Below, in pieces: positions 13,881 to 27,015 of a stretch of 64,000 bases of DNA. The first letter of the stretch is position 1; each line of letters begins with the position of its first letter. Under the pieces are notes generated by a model. The model worked only from the letters and a program-made list of their open reading frames with translations, was not told where the DNA came from and did no database searches. The position numbers and the translations under genes are program-made. This stretch comes from Octopus vulgaris (taxonomy: Eukaryota): contig OX597836.1 in NCBI GenBank assembly GCA_951406725.2, positions 9,548,001-9,612,000 on the forward strand, given 5' to 3'.

Positions 13881-15375
13881 CTACCCACACACATTCACAT
13901 ATGTATATATGTACACATACACACACACATATATATACACATGCATATATATTTATATATATATAAACATACATATATATGTAAACACACCCAAATATAA
14001 CATACACACACACATGTACATATGTTTATGTGAGTGGGTGTGTGTATGTGTGTATATATATATATATATATGTGTATATATATATGTTTGAGTGTGTGTA
14101 TATATATATGTGTGTGTATATATATGTATTGTATATGTTGTATGTTGAACTGACCTAATTTATTTCTGATGTCAATGAAGAGTTGCGCAATTGCAGGTGA
14201 AGTGATTAAAAATTCATGTTGACAGTAAAAAGGTGAAAAGGGCCAGTGAAGACGGGGAACTGTTAAAGAGAGAAATGTCTTCCAAAAGCCTTGTTAAGGC
14301 TTTTGGAAGACAATTCTTTTGGAAGAATTTTGGGTAATTCTGGCTGCCCTCACCTCTGCGTCGACACTCCTGCGCCAAGACTGTTTGGGCTGGCCCACTT
14401 TTCACATGGCTTTGGTCGGCCTGAGGCTATAGTAGAAGACACTTGCCCAAGGTACCACGCAGTGGGACTGAACCCGGAACCATGTTGTTGGTAAGCTACT
14501 TACCACACAGCCACTCCTGCACCTACATGCTGTTAAATGCAATGTTATTAGCAGTTATTCGATAGCCAGTTAAAAGTTCTCAATTAACCCTCTGGCATTT
14601 AAACTGGACACGTTTGTCCAAAATATTGAACTTGTTTTATGCTCAAATTGTCCAGATCTAGCCTCTCACACCAGCCCGACAATATCATTGTAAAAGTTAA
14701 GTTGCCTCATCAAAACCTCAAAGCTACAGGATAATGCAGGATTAATTCAAAGCCGAGAGGATGAATAAGGATTACTTTCAACAGATTAATGTGAATACCA
14801 AAGGATTAAAGTAGGTATTGAGCATACTCTTTTACTCTTTTACTTGTTTCAGTCATTTGACTGCGGCCATGCTGGAGCACCGCTTTTATTCAAGCAAATC
14901 GACCCCAGGACTTATTCTTTGGATGCCTAGTACTTATTCTGTTGGTCTCTTTTTGCCGAACCGCTAAGTTACGGCGACATGAACACACCAGCATTTGGTT
15001 GTCAAGCCATTCACTTCACTCTATTTTGTTGTGGAGAACATTTCTTGCTGTTGACTAAAGGCTAACTGATAAGAGAGATTGTCTCGACTAAAGGCGATGT
15101 TCCAGCATGGCCACAGTCAAATGACTGAAACGAGTAAAAGAGATGTGCATACCCTTTATGTAGTTCTTGGGGATTCAGCATGACACAGAATAGAAATACT
15201 ACTCATATTTGCCAGCCAAGTGGGCTGGAGCAACATAAAATAAAGCAACTTGCTCCAGGACACAAAGCGCCAACGGGAATTGAACTCACAACCTTGCAAT
15301 CATGAACTGGATTCACTAACCACCAAGCCACATGCCTTGTGTTGTATGAAGTATATAGTCTGTATAGCCTGTTCT

Positions 15376-15920
15376 TTAACCCTTTTGATACCAACCCAGC
15401 TGAAACCACCTCTGGCTCTGTAGTACTTGTTTCCAAAAGTTCTGAATTAAAATCTCCCATGAAACTTTTAGTCACAATTTATGTTCCTAACACTAGCTGA
15501 ATGATAACTAAGTTATTTTACTAAACTCTTTGTTATATTTTAAAATTAATTGAAAGAAACACAGAGCATCTCAACAGGAATACGGATATGAAAGGGTTAA
15601 CAATTATTGAGAGTGAAACAGTTATCAGAGAGAAACAGGAATCACCACACAGGTCTTAATATACTATATTTCCATGTTGCTATGGTAACAGTTAACCCTT
15701 TTGATATCAACCCGGCTGAAACCACCTCTGGCTCTGTAGTACAGATGTCTTGTTTTCGTCAGTTTTTAATTAAAACCATCCACCAAACCTTAGTCACAAT
15801 TTATGTTCCTAACACTATCTGAATGATAACTAAATTATTTTACTAAATTCTTTGTTATATTTAAAGTAATTGAAAGAAACACAGAGCATCTCAAAATAAA
15901 TACAGTAATGAAAGGGTGAA
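15376..15920. mobile_element. piggyBac-like MITE dimer with conserved spacer
   Basis: Two ~225-bp TTAACCCTTT...AAAGGGTTAA units separated by a ~92-bp spacer. Confidence 0.8.
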
Positions 15921-17358
15921 AGAAAAGCTTTTTTATGTCTTTGAAATTATTTATAATGATAATCAGAGGTGTCTGAACTTGATTACATACAGTCTGTGTC
16001 CGACCCAAATATTTTTATCTGTTTATATTCAAACCAACCTGATCTTGTTTCTCACAATGTTATTCTAAAAATATACAATCACATCAGCAAAATCTTGAAG
16101 CTATGAGATAATGCAAATACTGTTTTTATCCCATGAAGTTTTGGCGAAATGAATGACAAAACTATTGATCAAATCCCTCGTTATTTCCGTTAAGAAGATT
16201 AACTTAATTGCAACGAACCAAAGCAGAATGAGAGATTCAAAAATATATACTATTTTGGTTAAGTGGCTGAGCACTCCATAGACACGCGTACTTTTAACGT
16301 AGCTCTTAGGGAGATTTAACGTGAAACAGAATCTAACAAGGTTGACCCTTTGAAATACAGGTACAAATTACTTTTGCCAACTGAATGAATTTATTTTAGT
16401 GCAGAGACACACAGACACATTCCAATTTCAGCTGTGCATACACAGAGGAAAATGAATTTAGTGCAATAAATCTTGTAATATAGGTCCAATATAGGTGAAG
16501 GCACGTGGCTTAGTGGTTAGGGCATTCGGCTCACAATTGTAAGGTCGTGAGTTCGATTCCTGGCGACGCTTTGTGTCCTTGAGCAAGACACTTTATTTCA
16601 CGTTGCTCCAGTCCACTCAGCTGGCAAAAATGAGTTGTGCCTGTATTTCGAAGGGCCGGCCTTGTCACACTTTGTGTCATGCTGAATCTCCTCCCTGAGA
16701 ACTACGTTAGGAGTACGCGTGTCTGTGGAGTACTCAGCCACTTGCATGTTAATTTCATGAGCTGGCTGTTCCGTTGATCGTATCAGCTGGGACACTCATT
16801 GTCGTAACCGACAGGGTGCTCCATAGGTCCAACATTGTATGGGGGTCCCAGGGTGATTTTTAAAACTATTTTCTTTGTCTTGGGAGGGGTGGGGGAAATA
16901 GGTGACTTATTTGCTATCGAATATGGTAACACAGGAGCAATGTAACAGCAGTTGACACCGTTTCACAGTCATGAAAAGTGTTTGTGAGAAAATTAACAAA
17001 AGATATTCAAATGCCAAGCAATACATGCATAGAAAAATATATTTGTGTGTGTGTGTGCAAGAGAGAGAGAGAACTATCTTTTGTTTTTTGTTTTTTGAGA
17101 GCTTGAAAAATTGTGTAGCTTGTTTTCAACCTGTAACTATTAATCTTTTACTCTTTTACTTGTTTCAGTCACTTGACTGTGGCCAGGCCATGCTGGAGCA
17201 CCACCTTTAGTCAAGAGAATTGACCCCAGGACTTATTCTTTGTAAGCCTGGTACTTATTCTGTCGGTTTCTTTTGCCGAACCGCTAAGTTACGGGGGACG
17301 TAAACACACCAGCATCGGTTGTCAAGTGATGTTGGGGCGACAAGCACAGACACACACA

Positions 17359-17455
<97 letters not shown>

Positions 17456-17840
17456 TCATCATCATTTAACGTCCGTTTTCCATGCTGGCATGGGTTAGAC
17501 AGTTCGACCGGGGTCTGGTAAGCCATGGAGGCTGCACCAGGCTCCAGTCTGATTTGGCAGTATTTCTATATATATATATTAGGCCCAAATATTGTTTCAT
17601 GTTCAGAATGGCCATATCAGGCCTCTCACAACTACCCTACAATGTCATTCTCAAAAATAAATTATCACATCTTTGAAATCTAAAAGGTATGAGATAATAC
17701 ATAATCCAGTTTAAAACAATGTGAATAAATAAGCATTATACTTGACAGAATAATCTGCTATGTTACTCACAGTTAATCAGATCAGTTATTTAGCTTATTG
17801 GTTTCAAATTTTGGCATCTTTGGGGAAGGGGCTAAGTCAG

Positions 17841-17890
<50 letters not shown>

Positions 17891-18393
17891 ATACATATAT
17901 ACGACAGGCTTCTTTCAGTTTCCGTCTACCAAATCCACTCACAAGGCTTTGGTTGGCCCGAGGCTATAGTAGAAGACACTTGCCCAAGATGCCACGCAGT
18001 GGGACTGAACCTGGAACCATGTGGTTGGTAAGCAAGCTACTTACCACACAGCCACTCCTGACCTTGCAGCTGGTCGGTTTGATTAAAGCGCTAAAACAAG
18101 GTTCTTTTTATTAGGTGCCACCCGAAGATTTCTGGTACAAACGTGTCAAAAGTAGTGATCCCGATTGGCTGAAAGTAACCACCAAAGCACTATCAGGTGT
18201 GGCTGTGTGGTTAAGAAGTTTGCTTCCAAACCACATGGTTTTAAGTTCAGTCCCACTGCATGGCCCCTTGGACAGGTATCTACTACTGTAGCATGGGATT
18301 GACCAAAACCTTGTGAGTGGATTTGATGATAAATGGGAGCTGAAAGAAGCCCATCACACATATATGTATACACATAAATATATATACACATTA

Positions 18394-18428
<35 letters not shown>

Positions 18429-18588
18429 GGCTGTGTGGTAAGTAGCTTGCTAACCAACCACATGGTTGTGGGTTCAGTCCCACTGCGTGGCATCTTGGGC
18501 AAGTGCCTTCTGCTATAGCCCTGGGCCGACCAATGCCTTGTGAGTGGATTTGGTAGACGGAAACTGAAAGAAGCCTGTCGTATATATG

Positions 18589-18620
<32 letters not shown>

Positions 18621-19188
18621 GGGGGGGGAGTTTGTGTGTCTGTGTTTGTCCCCCCTAGCATTGCTTGACAACCGATGCTGGTGTGTTTACGTCCCCATCA
18701 CTTAGCGGTTCGGCAAAAGAGACTGATAGAATAAGTACTAGGCTTACAAAGAATAAGTCCCAGGGTCGATTTGCTCGACTAAAGGCGGTGCTCCAGCATG
18801 GCCGCAGTCAAATGGCTGAAACAAGTAAAAGAGTAAAAGAGAATATATAATGTACACAGTATAAGATAAGAGCTATTAATAGTTTCTTGCTGTGAAGACA
18901 CATGGTTAAGTAGGTTTTTATACCTTGCCTTGTGTCTCCAAGCAGCCTACAGACTCTGAGCATATGGTCTGTTCTATTTGAAAACCAGTATGGTGGTACA
19001 TGAGAAATGACAAGAAAAAACAGAAAACAAAACAGGGTTGATGCAAAAGGTGAAAAGGTGAATAAAAACAGAAAAAGAAAAAAAAAGAAAATTAGAGTTA
19101 TGTCCCCTTTGACCATAGAACCCATAATTAATCTAGTTGTTGTAGAATAATTCAATAGAAAAGGGTCCAAAGTCTGTGAGACAGCTGC

Positions 19189-19480
19189 TCAATCTGGAGA
19201 GGGTAGTGTCTTCCAGTTCACTAGAAAAACTTTGCCCACATGCTTGCATTTGGTGAAAGTTTCCGATCTGGAATTTAGTGTGGTGGAGTTTTTACATCTA
19301 AAAAGAATGTGTAATCTTTCAGATACACACAAGTTGCATTTCTTAGATCCATTTACATTTGACATAGATTTCTCTGTGATTCTCCACTTCATTATATGTG
19401 ATGTGCTAAACCATGTATCGGGCTTGAATACCAACTGCATGCCACATACAATTAGCAGTTTGGCAAGATACTAGTAGAAT
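19189..19480 (-). mobile_element. Penelope-like GIY-YIG C-terminal remnant
   Basis: KWRI...KKCNLCVSERLHI...LNSRSETFTKCKH, homologous to the 63.2-kb domain. Confidence 0.75.
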
Positions 19481-19769
19481 AAGTAATGGACTGAAAAAAA
19501 AAAAATACTTGTTTAAGTTAAACTCTTCAAGTTGGTGCCGCCGCTTGGCTGCAATCCAATGACTGAAAACAAGTAAAACAAAAAAAACCCAAAGATGTCT
19601 CTCTAATCAACATATAACATCTAATCAGACTTTATTTTACTAATAAGGTTTATTAAGATACAAACCTGTCACCAATTCTAGGTTTATCTCTCTTGCCTTT
19701 CTTGATCAGAATTAGTCATTCAGATAATGAGTTTTTGTTTCTCCTCTCTACAATTAATTTTTTTTTTTC

Positions 19770-20225
19770 TGCCTTTAACCCTCCAATGCGGAGTATAGGC
19801 CACTTGTAATTGAATTCCATGTCTCATAATTCTTCGCTTCTGTACTTATACTCTGCCATGAATGTCCCCCTTTCTTTAGTTCCTTTTGTGTTGATCTACG
19901 CCACGAGTTCTTAGGCCTACCTTTCTTTCTTATATCCATCCAGATTCCACTGTAAAGCACTTTTCGCTACATTTGGTGTGTCTTTTCTAATTGTGTTACC
20001 AATCCACTTCCACTTCTTAAATATTTGCTCCCTAATCGAAACTTCATTTGTTCTTTGCCATAGCTCCCTATTGCTTATGTGTTCGGACCATCTAATTTTA
20101 AGTATACTACGCAAGCATCTGTTGACGAATGATTTTATTCGCTTATTTGACTTAACTGTAATAGAAATAGTGGTAGAAATGTTTCATCCATTATTTTCTA
20201 AGATATGGCAGGAAGAAAATGTGCA
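19770..20225 (-). mobile_element. RTE LINE fragment
   Basis: RSILKIRWSEHISNRELW...KWKWIG...ALQWN...GRPKNSWRRS. Confidence 0.8.
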
Positions 20226-20350
20226 ATTAATGTAGAAATTTTTAATTAATCGACAGTTCTATATTAATTATGTTAGCATCCTCGTTAATGTTGCAAGAGT
20301 GCCCCTTAATTAAAATGTTTGTTTCATCGTTGTTTCCATCCTGTTTGCAG

Positions 20351-20463
20351 ATCTTCAACTTGCAGCTGAGATTGGCAAAGCTCTCCTAGAGAACAACAAA
20401 GAACTTGAAAGCCAGACTGTGCATTTACAGACTATTAATGCCGAACAGGCACAGGAACTGGAT
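20351..20463 (+). CDS. CDR2: CDR2/CDR2L-like coiled-coil protein, internal exon (DLQLAAEIGKALLENNKELESQTVHLQTINAEQAQELD)
   Basis: Acceptor ctgtttgcag, donor gtaagt, 113 nt. The peptide matches the vertebrate CDR2 N-terminal motif DLQLAAELGKTLL (recalled). It starts in phase 1, so an upstream first exon must exist but was not located. Confidence 0.9.
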
Positions 20464-21419
20464 GTAAGTTTGTATTGCATTAATTGGCGTTGTTTTAATT
20501 ATCATTGGTGGTGATTATTAAATGCCAGTTTTTTTAATTTATATACTTCCACATTCAGCTTAAATCCTGACTACAGGATTGTTAAAATAAGTAACAGCAA
20601 TATATTGGTGTCACATTAATTAACAATATATATATAACCTCTAAATACTTGTGGACTTGCACAAATGTAAGAAACCATTATTATTATTATTATTATTATT
20701 ATCATTATTATTAGTACCACAAAAATGCACATCAATGGAATTTGCATTTTTGTGGTACTAGTGCCGGTGGCACATAAGAAAACCATCCGAACGTGGCTGT
20801 AGCCAGTAACGCATCGACTGGCCTCCGTGCTGTGGGCACGTAACAAACACCATCCGATCGTGGCCGTTCGCCAGCCTCGTCTGGCACCTGTGTCGGTGGC
20901 ACATAAAAAACACCATCCGAGCGTGGCTGTTCGCCAGCCTCGTCTGGTCCCCGTGTCGGTGGCACATAAAAAGCACCATCCGATCGTGGTCGCTTGCCAG
21001 ACTCGTCTGGCACGTAAAAAGCACCCACTACACTCATGGAGTGGTTGGTGTTAGGAAGGGCATCCAGCCGTAGAAACATTGCCAGATCAAACTGGACCTA
21101 GTGCAGCCTTCTGGCTTCCCAGACCCCAATTGAACCGTCCAACCCATGCTAGCATGGAAAGCGGACGCTAAACGATGATTATAAAAGGCAGCGAGTTGGC
21201 AGAAACATTAGCTTATTCCTATTACGTCTGCCGTTACGTTCTGAGTTCAAATTCCACTGAGGTCGACTCTGCCTTTCATCCTTTCGAGATCGACAAATAA
21301 AGTACTAGTTACGCACTGAGGTCGATGTAATCGACTTAATCCCTTTGTCTGTCCTTGTTTGTCCCCTCTATGTTTAGCTCCTTGTGGGCAATAAAGAAAT
21401 ATATTATTATTATTATAAA

Positions 21420-21940
21420 CATCATCATCATTGTTCGACCATGGTCGAGACAATGGAATTTACTATGTTATGCCAGACTTCACGGTCCATCATAGCATTA
21501 CGGAGGTCCTGTTGCTGGATACCTGTATCCTTGGAGATTACATCAGGGTAGGAGAGTGTGCGCCCTCTGGTATCGCGAGCAGATGGCTTCCAAAGGAGAA
21601 GAGTAGAAATTACCTCGTTTTCAGCTCTACAACAATGTCCAGCAAACTGGACTCTCCTACCTTTCACAAGAGATGATACAGGTGGTAATTTCCCATATAT
21701 TTGTACATTGGTTGGATGATGCTTCCACGAGAGATTTTGAGCTCTCATAAGGAGGCGAGTGTAAGTTCCCTCCAACCGCCTCTCAAGCTTCTTTGATAAC
21801 GTCCAGGTTTCTGAGCCATATAGTAGAATTGGTTTGACTGTGGCTTTGAAGATTTTAAGTTTGAAATCTCTACTTAGATTTGATGACCAGATCTTATGCA
21901 TGTCATTACAGGCTGACCAGGCCATACCCTTTCTAGTTAT
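21420..21940 (-). mobile_element. RTE/RTEX LINE 3' fragment
   Basis: KIFKATVKPILLYGSETWTL...RRVQFAGHC; (TGA)n tail. Confidence 0.82.
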
Positions 21941-23453
21941 TATAAACACTGGGGTTGATGTAATCAACTAGTCCCCTCCCCACGAACTTCAGGCCTTGTT
22001 CCTTTAGTAGAAAGGGTTAAAAAAAAATGACCCCCCTTTGGTCGTGAATGACTATGAGATTGCACCTAGAAAGTTACCCTCCGAGGCAGAAATCTGGGTA
22101 TGGTTGTTTAATGAAGACCAGCAGTTGCCCATGCATACTAGCCATCCCTCTCCACACCACTGATGTTATCCAAGGGAAAGGCAAAGGGGCCGATACAGCT
22201 TGGCACCAGTGATACTACAACTCATTTCTACAGCTGAGTTAACTGGAGCAACGTGAAATAAAGTGTCTTGCTCAAGAACACAACACACAGCCTGGTCCGG
22301 GAATTGAACTCACAACCTCATGATCGTAAGTATAACACTTTAACCACAGTAGAAAGGATTATTATTATGATAAAGGCAGCTAGCTGGCAGAAGTGTTAGC
22401 GTGCTTTTCATCTGTATTTACATTCTAAGTTTAATTTCCACTGAGGTCAACTTTGCCTTTCATCCTTTCTGTGTTAATAAAATAAGTACCAGTCCAGCAC
22501 TAGGGTCAATTTAATCAACTTGTTCCATCCACCAAAATTTCAGGCCTTGTGCCTATAGTAGAAAAGATTATTATAATTATTATTAAGGCAGTGAGCTGGC
22601 GGAATTGTTAGCAGCATTTTGTCCATCTTCATGTTCTGAGTTCAAATTCCGCTGAGGTCAGCTTTACCTTTCATGTTTTTGAGATCGATTAAAATAAGCA
22701 CCAGTCTATCACTGATACTTAATTTATTGACCTCGAAGAGGATGAAAGGGAAAGGTAACCTTAGCAGAATTTGAACTCAGAATATAAGGATGGACAAAAT
22801 GCCGCTAAGCATTTTACCTGGCATGCTAATGATTCTGCCAGCTCACCGCCTTAATAATAATAATAATAATAATAATGATAGGAGACCCCCTTTTGGTCAT
22901 AAATGACCATAGGACTGCACCTAGAAAGTTACTTTCTGAGGCACAAGTCCAGGCAAGGTTGTTTGTGGAAGGCTACCAGTTGCCCATGCATACCAGCCTC
23001 CCCTCTCCACGCCACCGATGTTATCCAAGGGAAAGGCAAAGGGGCCGATACAGCTTGGCACCAGTGATACTACAACTCATTTCAACAGCCGAGTGAACTG
23101 GAGCAACGTGAAAAAAAGTGTCTTGCTCGAGAACACAACACACAGCCCGGTCTGGGAATCGAACTCACAACCTCATGATCATAAGGTCTACGCTCTAACC
23201 ACTGAGCCATGCACCTTCACTAATAATGATGATAATAATAATAATAATAAATGATGATGATTACTTTTGTATTGTTGTATTCTTCTTTTGTTCCATTAAT
23301 TATTACTATGATCTTTGTTGACATTTTAGATTCTAGATTATTTTTCTGTGTTGAATATTTTATTTATTTTTTTGTTAACTTGTTCTGCAAAACTACAATA
23401 TCAAATTTAAAAAAAAAAAAAATTTGTTTCCCCCTACTTCCATTTTCTTTTAG

Positions 23454-23602
23454 TTTTTAAACAAACAATTGGAAGCTTTGCGTCAGGTGAATGAATCTAG
23501 AATGCGCATTTATGAAGAACTAGACAAGAATGTTCAGGACCTGGAGAAAACAAACCAAAGACTAGTCACGGATCACCGAGCTGACAAACAAAGAATAGAA
23601 AC
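23454..23602 (+). CDS. CDR2: CDR2-like exon (FLNKQLEALRQVNESRMRIYEELDKNVQDLEKTNQRLVTDHRADKQRIET)
   Basis: Acceptor cattttcttttag, donor gtaaat, 149 nt. In frame with the previous exon; resembles CDR2 YLTKQVELLRQMNEQHAKVYEQLD. Confidence 0.9.
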
Positions 23603-24289
23603 GTAAATGGCATATTTTTTCCCCTCTTTATTTCTCTCTCTCATATTCCATCTTTTTATTATGGAAAATGTTCAACATTTTCAAATCTGACCCATTCTAT
23701 AACTAAACGGGTCACAGAAATAACATTCAAAAACCTCTCATCTTTTTTTTAATGTATCTAGGTTAAGTTAATTGTCTGTGTGGAACACAACCCTATCTGT
23801 TTTTATGTATCTAGGTATTTAGGCCAGAGGTTCTCAACCTTTGCCGTGTGGCGAACCAGTAGAAAAAAATTTTCACCTCCCCAACTCTGTAATTAATATT
23901 ATATTATGAAAAGTCAATGTCTGATGATAATTTCTATTTTTACGTTACGGAAGAGCCATTCTGGCAATTTATTAACAAACAAATGGGTTGAACTTACTTT
24001 TTGAATTTAAGTTCATGAGTTCCTGTCGAGCTGTGTCGGTGACTGGGTCATCATTGTGTGGTGAGAATTTTGACAACTCGTGAAATAAATTTAAAACGAA
24101 TTTAGTAGCCTTGTGTTTTAAATGACCGGAGCCAACAAAAGCCCAGGGTCGATAGATAGAACCTGAAAGAAGCCTGTTCTGTGTGTTCATGTTTGTTTTT
24201 ATGTCCAATTATAATAAAAGCGGAGATGTACTTGCATAGCAAGTAACCTGATCTGAGATCGTGTGCTGGAACCAAAACAATTGCAGCAT

Positions 24290-24745
24290 ATAATAATAAT
24301 GAAATTATTGTATACAGTGCTCAGGTGCACCACAACTTGTCAGAGTATATGCAGTAATGTACAAATGTCTGGAAAGCGAACAATGTATGAATCAGATACA
24401 TGCTTGCATGTGTATGGAGGGGAGGAAATCAGGTGTAGTGTTCGCGAATCTCAGAAAGCATGGAAGTTTTGAAGGATGCAGTGCTCCGACAACTAACAAC
24501 TGATGCTGGCAGTTTGTTCCATGCTTCAGCAATTCTTAGCGTGAAAAAATGTTTTCTGATTTTGTAAATATGTCCACGGGTGTTAGACAGGTGGAGTTTG
24601 AAAAGGTGCTCAGAGTTATTGTTTGTAAGATGGTGGATAATTTTATGGGTGTCTGCCAAGTCAGCTGCCAGACGTCGGAGTTTCAATGTGTCCATGCCCA
24701 GGGAAGTAAGGCGTTCAGAATATGGCAAATGCCTGATGGAATTCC
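24290..24745 (-). mobile_element. CR1-like LINE 3' fragment embedded in a palindromic ribozyme element
   Basis: LPYSERLTSLGMDTLKLRRLAADL...WNKLP and an (ATT)n tail; same family as 32800-33290. Confidence 0.82.
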
Positions 24746-24760
24746 GTGCTACACGGAATT

Positions 24761-24810
24761 TTGTCGGTGAACAGGTCACGATCTCAAAGCGACGAAAATA
24801 TTTCGACAAA
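24761..24810 (+). ncRNA. Hammerhead-like ribozyme, G3-C8 variant
   Basis: UUGUCG GUGAACAG GUCAC gaucucaaa GCGAC GAAAAUAUUU CGACAA; compensatory G-C in stem I and one stem II mismatch. Confidence 0.58.
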
Positions 24811-24972
24811 TTAAATTTAAATGTTGAAGTGAATCTAACGGTTTTTGTGTGTTTCTTAAATGGCTTATAAACACCTTCCACGCTGCAATTATAATAAAAG
24901 CAATTTTACATTAATCCTGATGGGTTTACTCTAAACTTTTGAAGAATACAAATGACTGAAGGGGGTCAACCC

Positions 24973-25023
<51 letters not shown>

Positions 25024-25429
25024 GTATATATACTCTTATTACTCTTTTACTTGTTTCAGTCATTTGACTGCGCCCATGCTGGAGCACTGCCTTTAGTCGA
25101 GCAAATCGACCCCAAGACTTATTCTTTGTAAGCCCAGTACTTATTCTATCGGTCTCTTTTTGCCGAACCGCTAAGTGACGGGGACATAAACACACCAGCA
25201 TCGGTTGTCAAGCAATGCTAGGGGGACAAACACAGACATACAAACACACACACGCATATATATATACATATATTCGACTGGCTTCTTTCAGTTTTCGTCT
25301 ACCAAATCCACTCACAAGGCATTGGTCGACCCGGATGCCACGCAGTGGGACTGAACCCGGAACCATGTGGTTGGTTAGCAAGCTACTTACCACACAGCCA
25401 CTCCTACAGTATTATCGAAAGAAATCCAG

Positions 25430-25488
25430 AATTCTACAGCTGTTTCTGGGATATCCCCTAGTATGGGATATTCCGTGATCAGAGAGAC
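25430..25488 (-). ncRNA. Degenerate hammerhead-like motif
   Basis: CUGAUCA CGGAAUAUCCC auacuag GGGAUAUCCCA GAAACAGCUGUAGA; G8C breaks the C3-G8 pair. Confidence 0.42.
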
Positions 25489-26075
25489 ACATAAGGAAAT
25501 GAGAATGGTATATATTAATGAGATGACAACATAGAGGAAGGGAACAAAAGAATAAGGAGATGGAAAGAAATCCGTTACAGCACACACCTAGCGTACCTAA
25601 TTGTTTAGATCACCTGTGAACTAAACCTCCATACTTTGTGGCATCCGTGGAGCGCTAAGAGTACTATCCGAGCATGATCATTGCCAGAGCAACAAGCTGG
25701 TGGCATGTAAAAAGCACCATTCGTGTGTGATCGTTACCTGCGTCGCCTTACTGGCACTTGTGCTGGTGGCCCGTGAAAAGACATTCGAGCGAGGTCCTTG
25801 CCAGTGCCGCTGGACTGGCTTCTGTGCAGGTGGCACATGAAAAGCACCATTTGAGCGTGGCCGTTTCCAGTACCGCCTGACTGGTCCCCGTGCCGGTGGC
25901 ATGTAAAAGCACCCACTACACTCTCGGAGTGGTTGGCGTTAGGAAGGGCATCCAGCTGTAGAAACTCTGCCAGATCAAGACTGGAGCTTGGTGCAGCCAT
26001 CTGGATCGCCAGACCTCAGTCAAATCGTCCAACCCATGCCAGCATGGAAAGCTGCCGTTAACGATGATGATGATG

Positions 26076-26100
<25 letters not shown>

Positions 26101-26109
<9 letters not shown>

Positions 26110-26490
26110 ATTTCGGAATGGTCATTTTGCCAGTTTAGCCAATAAAAACACACGCACTATATATTTGGTGTTATTTTGCTTCAGTGTTATTTATTTTTTA
26201 CATTAATCTTAATCTTATTTCGGCCAGAGTTCTTTCGTCACACTCCTGTGACCGCATCAGTGGTCCTTTGCTTTCTTCTTTCTTATTTGTGTCTCTCCTT
26301 ACTCTCCTTAAGAACTCTGGCCGAAATAAGATTAAGATTAATGTAAAAAATAAATAACACTGAAGCAAAACAACACCAAATATATAGTGCGTGTGTTTTT
26401 ATTGGCTAAACTGGCAAAATGACCATTCCGAAATACAACAATATCTGTTTCAACACACGACTTCACATAAAAAATCTTGCACAACAAATA
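26101..26490. repeat. 134-bp near-perfect inverted repeat (26101-26234 / 26310-26443) plus tail
   Basis: The arms are reverse complements by direct comparison. Confidence 0.9.
26222..26266 (-). ncRNA. Minimal hammerhead-like motif inside an inverted-repeat element
   Basis: GGACCA CUGAUGCG GUCACA ggag UGUGAC GAAAGAACUC UGGCC. Confidence 0.55.
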
Positions 26491-26514
26491 TATAAATGTA
26501 TATATATATCATCA

Positions 26515-27015
26515 TCATCATCATCATCATCATTTAACGTCCGCTTTCCATGCTAGCATGGGTTGGACGGTTCAACTGGGGTCTGGGGAGCCCGAAAGCT
26601 GCACCAGTCCAGTCAGATCTGGCAGTGTTTCTACAGCTGGATGCCCTTCCTAACGCCAACCACTCCGAGAGTGTAGTGGGTGATTTTATGTGCCACCGAC
26701 ACAGGTGCCAGACGAGGCTGGCAGACGGCCACGCTCGGATGGTGTTTTTATGTGCCACCGACACAGGTGCCAGACGAGGCTGGCAGACGGCCACGCTCGG
26801 ATGGTGTTTTTATGTGCCACCGACACAGGTGCCAGACGAGGCTGGCAGACGGCCACGCTCGGATGGTGTTTTTATGTGCCACCGACACAGGTGCCAGACG
26901 AGGCTGGCAGACGGCCACGCTCGGATGGTGTTTTTATGTGCCACCGACACAGGTGCCAGATGAGGCTGGCAAACGGCCACGATCGGATGGTGTTTGTTAC
27001 GTGCCCACAGCACGG
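26515..27015 (-). mobile_element. Third SINE family with an internal 62-bp tandem array and (GAT)n tail
   Basis: Conserved gagtggttggcgttaggaagggcatccagctgtagaaac...aacccatgctagcatggaaag. The 62-bp unit is repeated ~5x. Related copies at 4.74-5.05, 9.18-9.48, 12.7-12.93, 20.76-21.18, 25.65-26.08, 36.0-36.26 and 46.78-47.27 kb. Confidence 0.8.

Noticed and set aside
1-20350. First coding exon of the CDR2-like gene
   Set aside because: No convincing ATG-containing exon with a phase-1 donor and CDR2-like acidic N-terminus was seen; it may lie upstream of the window or have been missed.
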